Below, piece after piece: positions 54,186 to 64,000 of a stretch of 64,000 bases of DNA (the stretch's first letter is position 1; every line of letters starts with the position of its first letter). The notes below the pieces were generated by a model. It had not been told where the DNA came from. It ran no database searches and worked only from the letters and a program-made list of their open reading frames with translations. The DNA lies in contig OZ024754.1 in NCBI GenBank assembly GCA_964016885.1, positions 28,024,001 through 28,088,000 on the forward strand, given 5' to 3'. Both the position numbers and the translations under genes were made by a program. Source of the DNA: Eledone cirrhosa. Taxonomy: Eukaryota.

Positions 54186-57100
54186 TTACAGACACATACT
54201 CAGAGAAAGCCCATTCATTCGGGCCATACTTGCTTCTCTCACCCATCTTTCAACAAAATGCTGGGAAGAGAGCACTTCCCTCTCTACCCTGATTTTCCTT
54301 TTCAAATGAAATTTGAAAAAGTCAATCAGGGCATCACCGAAGAGGTAAGTGCTCGTCTTCAGCCCTTTCAAACGTGTCCACCATACTATCTCTTTCTCCA
54401 TGGCCACCAGACAGATAAAAACTGCCTGCCCTTCCCGGCTAAAGGAAGAGGGCGGGGCAATCCTCACGATGGACTCAGCTGATAGCCGGATCCGTTCTAC
54501 ACGTGACAGCAGGTGTTCGACATAAACCCACAAGTCAGCAATGCTCGGACACTGGACGAGTGCGTGCAGGACGGTTTCGTCGCCCTGCGCGCATCTCGGA
54601 CATGCCCGGCTGACGGCACCTCCATGCCTGTAGAGTTTATCCCGAACTGGCAAAGCTCCCCGGTAGCACTGCCAGGCCAGGGATTTCTGGAAGTTGTCCA
54701 TAGGCCTCGGCCCGTAAGTCCTTCCGAAGAGATTGGCTAGTTGATTTTCGTCGACGCCTAGAGTTTCTCCTAGTACGTCGTCGCTCTTCCCCTCCACTAA
54801 TCCCCTATAGAACGCCAAGGTGGAGTTTCCACCGATCACATTGCCCGATTGGTCGAGGGCTGTGAGCGCCTGAAGACATTCCAGTCTCCAAGCGCTCCCT
54901 CTCGGTCTTCGCTTGACCCAGGACTGCAGCTCCGTCAAGGAGACGAGCTGGGGAAAAACGTGTCTAGCAAACGGCGAGCACACCTGATCACCGTCGAGGA
55001 AGAGGTGGAGATGTCGTAGCCTGAGCGCGTGCCTGCGCATCATCAACCACGGCATGCCCAGCCCTCCACGTAGCGGGTGTTGACAGCAGATGGACCGCCT
55101 GACCATCGGAGCGCGTCCATTCCACAAGAAGCGAAAGAGCAAACGCTCCAGCGCAGTCAGGCGAGGCTTAGGACAAGGTACGACGGTCAGGCGGTAGCAG
55201 ATGACAGACGCGATGTACGCGTTAGCCACCCCCGCGCGACCTTTCAGGGATAGCTTCCTCTCCGCCCATTTCTGGGTGAGAGAAGCCACCCTGCTCGTCA
55301 CCTCGTCCCAGTTTTTGTCCGTCTGGAGGTCCGGACCGAACCAGACCCCTAGCAATTTAACCGGTCCGTCCGTCCAGCGTCCGACGACGCTGTTGGACGG
55401 CATGGACCTGCTTCTCCAGGTGCCGAGCTGCAGGCCCACTGACTTTTCCTGGTTGATCATTGCTCCTGTCACCGCTTCGTATTCTCTTAGTGTAGTGCCG
55501 ATCGCCTCGATGTGTTTGGCGTTCGACACCACTACGGTGACATCGTCCGCATATGCTGACACGGATCTTCCGCATCCTAGTTCGCGCGGGACGCCCCTCA
55601 ACGTCTCCAGTTTGTGCAGTAATGGCTCGAGAGTCAATACGTACAAGAGGGACGAGAGGGGACATCCTTGGCGGACCGAGCGCATCATGTTGAACGGTTC
55701 CGACAGGTGACCATTCACTCTCACCACAGAGCAGATGTCGCTGTGCATGGCAGCGATCCAGCCTCTGAAGACGGGCCCAAAGCCAGCCGCCCTCAGGACT
55801 GCCGCTAGGTAACGATGGTCGACCCTATCGAAAGCTTTCGACTGATCTAAATTGATCAAGGACCCACTCGTGCCAGGTTCCCTAGCTACCCTCTCTACGA
55901 TGTATCCCATGAGGTGGAGGTTGTCGTGGATGGATCTGTCGGGAATGGCGCATGTCTGCGCCTCTCCCACCAGACCGCCAACGACAAGCGCCAACCTCTT
56001 TGCTAGCACCTTGGCCAAAATCTTGAACTCTGTGTTTAGCAGAGTTATCGGCCGGAAATTATCTATATTATCCCCCTTGTTCGGATCCTTTCTCAGCAGC
56101 GCCACCGCTCCTCGGCTCACAGAACTGGGAATTCTCCCGTTCTGTTGCCAGTTGCAGTAGACGTCCGCCAAGAGGCCTCCGAACAAGTCTGGCATCTGTA
56201 CGTAAAGTTCATAGGGCAGACCATCCAAACCAGGCGATTTACCCCTTGTGCAACTAGTCATTGCCTCCCTTACTTCAGCGGCTGTTATCGGCTTTTCGCA
56301 ACACTTCGCCTCAGTGGCCGAGAGCCGCGGCAGTCCGTCGAGGTAGACAGTAAAGTCCATCCCTCGACCCGGCCCACCGCTGCCCCCGAACAGCTGAGCG
56401 AAGTGTCGCTGAAAAGCTTCACACATTTTCCCGGGATCGAGTAGCATGCGCCCGTCGTGGTCCACCAAAGACCGGATCGTGACTTTGTTGCCACGACGCG
56501 CCTCCGCCACTCGGGCCCATTGAACGGCTTTCGTCCCCTCGTTTCTGAGAGCACGCACCCTTGCTCTGACAACGCAGCCTTCGTGCTTTGCATTGAAGAA
56601 TTGGTCAAGGGCCAATTTCGCCGCAAGAACGTCGGTCGCAATGCCTTTGCTAAGCGCCTCGTCTAATTTTCTAACTAGTTCTCCCTCTGCTCTATTTTTC
56701 TCTATTGCTAAAGCCTTACTAAACCTAATGGATTCTATTCTAATCGCTCTTTTCAGAGCAAACCACCACTTGTTGTTGACGATGGCCCCCGTCAACGCCC
56801 GCTTAACTAGTTCGCTAATCCGGTCTCTGTAGGCCTTGTGCGCTGGTAAGGACGCGTTTAGCTTCCAGTAGCCGGGTCCTCGTCTATGAAGCCTATCTAA
56901 GTCAAGCACACAGATCACGAATTTGTGGTCCGTGTATCTGACTATCTTGAATTGTGGACAGCCTATGCTAGACCTATCTATTTCCCTACAAAATTCTCTA
57001 TCTAGATATGATCTGGATGACCCTATGCGGTTTGTCCAAGTCCACATTGGCACATTCGGGAAATCCAATCGGTACCTGTCAGACAGTTCAAAACGCCTGA

Positions 57101-57604
57101 GCAGGTTGGTGAGGCTCTTGCACCCTCCACCCCTATCCGCTAATCCCACACAGTCCCAGCGTGCATCTAAGATCCCGTTCCAGTCGCCCACTAACACTAA
57201 AGAGCGGGACGTTCCAAGAAAGGTCTCCAGACGCCGGAAGAAATCAGGCCGCCCTGCTCCTGTCGGGGCATAGACGGTCACTAGCCTGAAAGCTTGCCCG
57301 TCTCCGCTGGTCACGTCCAGCACCACCAACTTACCCTCTGGGTCCAGGAAGATGGCCCGTATGGCGAGATCCAAACCTCTCCGAAAAAGCACAGCAACTC
57401 CTCCCCCGATCCAGGACGGCTGGGAGATGCGTACACATCGTAGCCGCCGAAGATCGGTGCGAAGGCCCGTGCTTCAGAGATTCTGGTCTCGCTGATGGCC
57501 ACTACATCTATGTTTAGTGACCTGAGGTCGTTGAGCAGGTGACCCTGCTTCCATGACGACCCCAAGCCACGCGCATTTATGCTGCCTATTCTGAGTGAGG
57601 TCAT
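54186..57604 (-). pseudogene. Tx1/L1 copy B ORF2 with a 1-nt frameshift near 57403-57408
   Basis: ORFs 57311-57604 and 54186-57392 together match copy A ORF2; CCACCGG in A versus CCCCCG in B. Confidence 0.85.
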
Positions 57605-57606
57605 GT

Positions 57607-59751
57607 TTAAAATAGAGTGGAAAAGATGGGAAAGACCACTTGCCGTACTTTTCGTAGAGGAGGGATGGTTTTTACATCCCTTTTCACTTGATCGTCTGGT
57701 GAAGGGACCGTTGAATCGTCCCTTCGGCTGGTCATCGGCTCTTCTATGAGTATGTCCGAATATACTCTTCGGTTGATAGTTCCTCCTTGGTCTCTGAAAT
57801 CACCAACTGCGTTGGGGAATTTCGTTTTAATGTTTGTGTATTGTTTCTGCGCTATTTTTAGCAGTCTTATGTTAGTTGGCGTTTTGATTGGTGCTGGTAT
57901 TATGTAGTCGTGTTGTGAAATGTCTGTGTGTTCAATTATGTAAGTCATTAGTTTCTTGTTGTGTGTATTTATTGCCGTGCATTTGTTTTTCTGGGGGTGG
58001 GGTGTGGTTCTGCTATTTTCTTGTCGTTTTTGCTGGGTGTGTGTGTTTTGTTGTTGTGTTTGCGATGTTGGTGCTTGTGGTGGTGGTGTTGAAGGTGTTG
58101 TTGTTGTTGGCGGTGGGGTTGTCGCCGGTGGTGATGGTGGTGCTAGTGTGGGTGGTGATGGTGTTGGTGGTGTTGCTGCTGTGAGTCTCTTTGCAGTACA
58201 CTTTACCCTTTTTTCATTTCTTTCCTCCCTTTTCAAAGGCGACGATGCGCTGCTTCTGCGTTTGTGCCTTCTTACGACCTTTTGCCATCCCTCTCCCACC
58301 TCACACTCCATGTCTGATTCTGTGAGGTCGGGGAGGGGTACCAGCTCCACTCTTTCACTTGTTGTTGTTGGTGATGTTTGCACTGGAGTCTCTGTTGCAG
58401 CTGCATTTGGTATTGCTGTTGTTGTTGTTGTTAATACTTCCACTGCTGCTGCTGTTTTTGATTTCCGTGGCGTGGGTATGGGTGCCACGGACCTATCATT
58501 CCTGGTTGCCGCTTGTCCTGTTACTGGTAGCCGTGGAACCGGTTTCGGAAGGAGGGGGGTTTTCTCCTTTCTCAGGGTCTTCTCGTTGCAGAAGGCCCTG
58601 AGGTGTGTCTTCGATCCACAGCGAAAGCATTTCGGGCGTTTGCCCTCAACACTTATGGGCAGTTGAGTGCCGTTATCGAAGTCTATCACATCCGGGATAG
58701 CTTCGATGCACTCCTGGTTGGTGTGGATTAACATCTCAATGGAGGTGCCGACCCAATCTTCTCTTACTTTTTTCTGTACTTGCAGTACAGTTGTTTTGTC
58801 CTCGATTCCGACGAGGACAGACGCGGCCAGCCAAGAAGGGGCCATCGGGGGGGGGGGGGGGGTCAGTTTGACCCTCACAATTTTTTGCCCGCAGTAGGAG
58901 GGCACCAACACCATTTCCTCGCTCCTTAGGGTCACTACGGATTGAGCCTTTGCCTCCTGGGGTGTGGCAAAAAGTACGTCTACGGTGGCATATTTCTTGC
59001 CTCGGGTGATGTGTGTTTTCCGCTGCCACACAGACCCCAAGGCTTTTTGTATTTGAGCCTCTGTGGCTCTTTCCACCCTACGGGATTTTGTACTTACTGT
59101 ACGGTACGTGACCGTACAGTGCTGTTGGGTTTCGAAAAATTTTTCCGCTGCCTTGCAGATTGCTCGGTGTCCAGTATTTGTCACCATCTTCTTCGCGTCC
59201 TCTAATTCCTCATTTGTTATGAGGATTGTTTCCAGGTTCTTCGCGATACCTGCAAACGAGATTGGTTTTTCTTTGCTGCTGTTGTTGTTGTTGTTGTCGT
59301 CAGAGCTGCTGTTACTTTTGTTGTTGCTGCAGGTACTACGACTACTGCCGCCGCCGCTGTTGCTGTGGTTGTTGTTGTTGTTGATGCTGCTAATGCTGTT
59401 GTTGTTTATGCTGCTGGTGATGCTGTTGCGGCTGCTACTGTTGTTTTCATTGTCACTGTTGCTGTTGTTATTACGGCTGCTACTGCTATTATTCCTGACG
59501 TCAGACGAATGAAATGGGTTTTCGTATTTCCCGCACACCTGTTTCGTCGTCGTTGTCGTCGTGGAGAAATCTTGCACGCTTTGCACGAGACTTTTCTTTT
59601 CTGTCGTCGCTTGCGAAAGAGAAGAGAGGGAGAGAGACACATTTAAAGAAGGGAGGGATAGAGACAATCTTCTCTCTGCTGTAGTGACGATTGAGGAAGA
59701 AGAAGACGGAATGAGTGGGAGTGACCTATGAAAATTCTTTTTCGAAGCCAT
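57607..59751 (-). CDS. Tx1/L1 copy B ORF1 (from the ATG of MASKKNF)
   Basis: Homologous to copy A ORF1; TAA stop 2 nt before the ORF2 ATG. Confidence 0.9.
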   Translation of the reverse strand: MASKKNFHRSLPLIPSSSSSIVTTAERRLSLSLPSLNVSLSLSSLSQATTEKKSLVQSVQDFSTTTTTTKQVCGKYENPFHSSDVRNNSSSSRNNNSNSDNENNSSSRNSITSSINNNSISSINNNNNHSNSGGGSSRSTCSNNKSNSSSDDNNNNNSSKEKPISFAGIAKNLETILITNEELEDAKKMVTNTGHRAICKAAEKFFETQQHCTVTYRTVSTKSRRVERATEAQIQKALGSVWQRKTHITRGKKYATVDVLFATPQEAKAQSVVTLRSEEMVLVPSYCGQKIVRVKLTPPPPPMAPSWLAASVLVGIEDKTTVLQVQKKVREDWVGTSIEMLIHTNQECIEAIPDVIDFDNGTQLPISVEGKRPKCFRCGSKTHLRAFCNEKTLRKEKTPLLPKPVPRLPVTGQAATRNDRSVAPIPTPRKSKTAAAVEVLTTTTTAIPNAAATETPVQTSPTTTSERVELVPLPDLTESDMECEVGEGWQKVVRRHKRRSSASSPLKREERNEKRVKCTAKRLTAATPPTPSPPTLAPPSPPATTPPPTTTTPSTPPPQAPTSQTQQQNTHTQQKRQENSRTTPHPQKNKCTAINTHNKKLMTYIIEHTDISQHDYIIPAPIKTPTNIRLLKIAQKQYTNIKTKFPNAVGDFRDQGGTINRRVYSDILIEEPMTSRRDDSTVPSPDDQVKRDVKTIPPLRKVRQVVFPIFSTLF

Positions 59752-59970
59752 GTTGTTGTTTTTTTTGTTTAAAATAAATATTGGGCACAAAACCCCAATA
59801 AGCAGTTATTTAACCCCGAAGGGCCAAATAACGGGCAGAAAGACCCCTCTCACGAGGAGGAGGGTGTTTTTGTCTACAAGTTGGTAAAAGTTTTAAACAA
59901 TTTACAATTGTTATAGCGTTCAAAATTTACAATACCTTACAGAGCCGAGCCTCCGTCAACCATAGCATTC

Positions 59971-60045
<75 letters not shown>

Positions 60046-61857
60046 TCAGGGTGACTCTTTATCACCGCTTTTATTCTTCATCGCACTTATACCATTAAGT
60101 AAAATGCTCAATGAAACAAAACATGGATATAAAGTCTATGACAAAACCATTAATCACCTGTTCTACATGGATGACCTGAAACTATTTGCAAAAAATGATG
60201 AACAATTGCAAGGCCTATTATCCACTGTGGAGCAGTTCAGTGATGACATTAAAATGGAGTTTGGACTAGATAAATGCGCCAAAGCAACGTTCACCAGAGG
60301 AAAGCTGCTGAAGAGTTCAGACATTAATCTTGATCGGGGGAACGTGATAAGAGAACTTGATCAAGAAAAATCTTACAAATATCTAGGTGTTTGTGAAGGA
60401 GACGGAATCAAGCACTCGATAATGAGGGAAAGGATAAGGAAGGAATGTTACCGCAGAGTAAGAGCAATCTTAAGAACGGAATTGAATGCAAGGAATAGGA
60501 TCGATGCCATAAACATGCTTGCCATACCAGTAGTAACCTACAGTTACAATGTCATCAACTGGTCAAGCACAGAGATCCGTAGGCTCAATACAAAAATTCG
60601 AAAATTATTAACCATGCACAGAATGCATCACCCTAAGGCAGATATAGATAGAATATATCTCCCTAGGAAAGAAGGAGGACGTGGGTTAATCCAGTTAGAC
60701 ATTGCGTTGAAAACTGCAACAATTGGATTATCTACATATCTAAGGGAATCACATGATTGGATGATCAAACTCGTTTTGAAACACGAAAGCATCAGAAGAT
60801 CATATTCCATTACAAAAGATGCACAAAGATACAGTAATGGACTACAAATTTCAGAAGTCCCATTTACTGCTGAAATGGAAAACACAGAAAAAGCAAAGCA
60901 GGTAAAAGTAACTGCAAAGAAAGAACTGCTACAGAAACTGGCTAAGAAATGGCAAGAAAAGCCTCTGTATGGAAAATACCCAGAGCGAGCTAACAATCCT
61001 GATGTTGACAAAACTTTAACCCATTAGTGGTTGGCATCCTCTGGACTGAAATCGGAGACTGAAGGACTGATTATATCAGCACAAGATCAGTGTCTGCCAA
61101 CAAAAAATTACCAAGCCAACATAATAAAAAATGGATGCAGCCCATTATGCCGTGTATGCAAAAAACAACCAGAGACCATTGACCATATAATTTCAATGTG
61201 CAGTCCTATAGCTCCAACCGAATACCTAAACAGGCATGACAGAGCTGCACAATACATACATTGGATAATGTGTAAGCATTTTGACCTGCCCCATCAAAAG
61301 AATTGGTGGGAGCATCAACCACCTCCCATACTTGAAAAAGATCACATCTCAATCTTGTGGAACTTTAGCATCCAAACAGACCGAAAAATAGATGCAAATA
61401 GACCTGATATAATATTGAAGGACTTTAAAAAGAGGGTATGCCTGCTAATTGATATGTCTGTTCCAATAGACAAGAATGTATCTATAAAAACATTTGAAAA
61501 ATTGAGCAAGTATAAGGACCTGGAGATAGAAATTGGAAAAATGTAGAAATTGAGAACTAAAACAATACCAGTGGTTGTAGGCGCTCTGGGAATGATACCT
61601 AAGGGGGCTAATGATTACTTATCGCAGATCCCAGGAAACCCGCGTACAGGAGAAATACAAAAGATAGTACTAATGGGAACTGCCCATATACTAAGGAAGA
61701 TTCTGTCAATATAAGTACATCACAAGTCTAAACACTAAAGATGCATGTGTGAGTATGTATATTCTTCCTTGAACATGGCGGACCTTGTTGTCTCTTGAGG
61801 TCACTGGTTGTGACTTGGTGATAACTCGTATGAACATAAAGCAAGATAAATGCAACT
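60046..61857 (+). mobile_element. 5'-truncated R4/Dong-like non-LTR retrotransposon (family 2), RT plus REL, with (TAA)n tail
   Basis: Begins at QGDSLSPLLF; HLFYMDDLKLF, YKYLGV, EGGRGL, CRVC..ETIDHIISMC, RHD, RPDIIL, KLSKYKDL; in-frame stops at ~61025 and ~61544. Confidence 0.92.
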
Positions 61858-61883
61858 GTAATAATAATAATAATAATAATAAT

Positions 61884-61966
61884 ATATCTGAGGCTGCAGG
61901 TAGCAGCTTGATATTCATTTCAACAAACTTTCCAGTTAACTAACATCAATGACTGAGGCTCAAAGA
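61884..61966 (+). mobile_element. Extremely 5'-truncated 3' end of R4-like family 1
   Basis: Matches 47757-47839 with about 3 substitutions; flanked by (AAT)n. Confidence 0.8.
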
Positions 61967-62460
61967 ACAATAATAATAATAATAATGATGATTTTGATGA
62001 TGATGATAATGGCAAGGCTAACCTCAGGGAGTAATAGTTTTTGATTTAGCACAACACAAGCAGCTTGGAGGAGAGGAAAATCGATTAAATCGACCCCAGT
62101 GTCTTACTGGTATCTTATTTTATTGATCCTGTAAGGATGAAAGGCAAAACTAACCCCAGTGGGATTTGAACTCAGAACGTAGAAAGTCATTACTAAATAC
62201 AGCACAATATTTTGTCGGACGCTCTAACGATTCTGTTAAGCTATGCCCGCTAATAATAATTATGGTTTCTAATTTCTTTTTTGTGCGGGGAGAAAGTCAG
62301 TTAAATCACCCAGTACCTAACTGGTACTTAATTTTATCGACCCTAAGAGGATGAAAGGCAAAGTTGACCTCGGTGGCATTTGTACAAAGAATATAAAGAA
62401 GCCTTAATTAAACACCACAACGATTCTGACAAATCAGTCCCCTTTTAATCGCTTTAATTT

Positions 62461-62655
62461 TCAATGTTTTAAAGCAAGTTTTGTATTTCGCTTATTTTTC
62501 TTCTTTAAATTTTGTAACTTTAATTGATTTCTGACATCGTTCATGGTGGTTGGCATCTGTAAATGCTGGGTTTCAGGCATGAAAAACAACAAAAGAACAC
62601 TGGCCAAAGATCCGACACCGAATATTGTTCCGGGTAACCAAGGAATATACAACAT
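62461..62655 (-). CDS. Terminal exon of an SLC22 / organic cation transporter-like MFS protein
   Basis: TM12-like segment followed by MPET....MPTT (the LPET..LP.T signature). TTTCCAG acceptor at 62656-62657; stop at 62461. Confidence 0.8.
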   Translation of the reverse strand: MLYIPWLPGTIFGVGSLASVLLLFFMPETQHLQMPTTMNDVRNQLKLQNLKKKNKRNTKLALKH

Positions 62656-63733
62656 CTGGAAACGAAAGAAAAAGCAGAATTAGTGTTTGATATTATGAGA
62701 GAGAAACTATTTTGTTTTACTCTAATACTTAGCAAAAGATTTATAATGAAAATTAATTAATATACCTTACGTTTGATAACAACATTTCATCAGGCATTAA
62801 AATGTTTACAAATGGTTAATCGATAGATTTTGAGAAATTACGAGAATTCAACGTTATATAGTAATTGTAATGGTCTAGTTTGTGTAGATTATTACGCGAT
62901 GAGGTCGTGGTCACTGCAGCGGATAATAATAGATATTCTTCAATGTCTATTCTTATACAGAAACTCATATTTAGAGCGGGTTGGGGATAGGGAAATATAG
63001 ATGATTTCTAAGGTAGGGATTATGGAGTATGTTTTAATTCTAGTATAGACATTTAATTCATGATTGGCTTTGTTTTTATGAATATATTATTCACGAGTTT
63101 GTAATTCGATTGTCTTATCCACGAGATGTTTTGTTTATTGTTGGTTTTGTTTTCTGAGTATATTATTTGCGTATAGGTTATTCAATGATTACTTTGCATT
63201 TGTTCTACGTTTAGATTTATGAATTTGACGGTCCTACTTGCTTATTTGCATATATGAGTAGAGGTGCAAAGACACAAATCTGTTTCACATTGAGTTGTGT
63301 TCCTGATGTCATCGTGTTTCGTGTAGCAGTTCCCGTAGTTAATAGTATACCGTAAAGAAAATAGTCTATAAAGTTGACCAAATTCAATCTAAAGTTTGAG
63401 GCTTGGGAAGGTAGTATTACTGATAAAAACTGAATTGATACAAGTGTAAGTCAACGAGCAGCTTTTGAAATTTTTTCTTTAAAATTAAATATAGTCAGCT
63501 ATTTGAATTATACAATGGCTACCTCACCTCTATAACCGATTTGATATTTAACAAAAGAGGGATGTTGCCAACGCGTGAATGATTATCATGGGAGGCAATC
63601 CCAATTATTGAAAAATAATTTCCTTATATATATATACATGCAGTAGTAGAGCACTCAGTCCATGGGACGAGTTTGGTAGATGCAGTTCCACAACAGTTGA
63701 TACAACATTTCCGAGAACAATTTGTTTCACCAA

Positions 63734-63848
<115 letters not shown>

Positions 63849-64000
63849 GTATTTCCGTAGAAAAGGTAAAGGCAGGTCGTCGGAGACTAAATTGACAACC
63901 CACCAAGCTTGCTTGGTGAGGAGGGTAATTGGACACCCTGGAGGATGAAAAAGAAAACCTGACAAAGGGCGGAGTAACTCACGAGAGTCAACGGCCATGC

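Larger units (their letters stand above)
53943..59970 (-). mobile_element. Full-length Tx1/L1-clade LINE, copy B (~6.03 kb)
   Basis: Colinear with and highly similar to copy A; bounded by (AAT)n on both sides. Confidence 0.95.

Noticed and set aside
58847-58862. Poly-Pro change in Tx1 B ORF1
   Set aside because: A pure G-run replaces a mixed G-rich tract of similar length, which may be a sequencing or polishing artefact.
49159-58897. Plus-strand ORFs overlapping the Tx1 elements
   Set aside because: Antisense shadows of GC-rich coding sequence with no recognisable motifs.
47882-59970. Bacterial contamination or horizontal gene island suggested by the higher GC
   Set aside because: Fully explained by eukaryotic L1/Tx1 ORF1 and ORF2 with a polyA signal and repeat flanks.
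47757-61966. An ~83-bp target-site duplication around the whole Tx1/R4 block
   Set aside because: The copies differ at about 3 sites and equal the 3' end of the R4-like family with its own (AAT)n tail, so an independent truncated insertion is simpler.

Overview
AT-rich, repeat-dense eukaryotic (animal) DNA. The huge (TA)n arrays and the RTE/SINE families suggest an octopod cephalopod, which is an inference. Host genes: phosducin-like PDCL (- strand, 4 coding exons, runs off the left edge) lies head-to-head with a complete 7-coding-exon NAA10/ARD1 N-terminal acetyltransferase (+ strand, 168 aa). There is also a 210-aa uncharacterised basic ORF (-) and the last exon of an SLC22-type transporter (-). 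The rest is mobile DNA: RTE LINEs, tRNA-derived SINEs, MITEs, a CRE-like fragment and a Helentron-like element. Two patterns stand out. (1) At least a dozen small non-coding elements of different sequence carry intact, degenerate or half type-I hammerhead ribozyme motifs, often with fold-back ends and next to (TA)n. They look like Penelope-dependent, retrozyme-like elements; the best example is two intact hammerheads 485 nt apart at 39.6-40.2 kb. (2) A ~15.5 kb stack of five non-LTR retrotransposon copies (two full-length Tx1/L1, three R4/Dong-like) is separated only by (AAT)n. No rRNA, bona fide tRNA or CRISPR array was seen. All coordinates and folds were read by eye.
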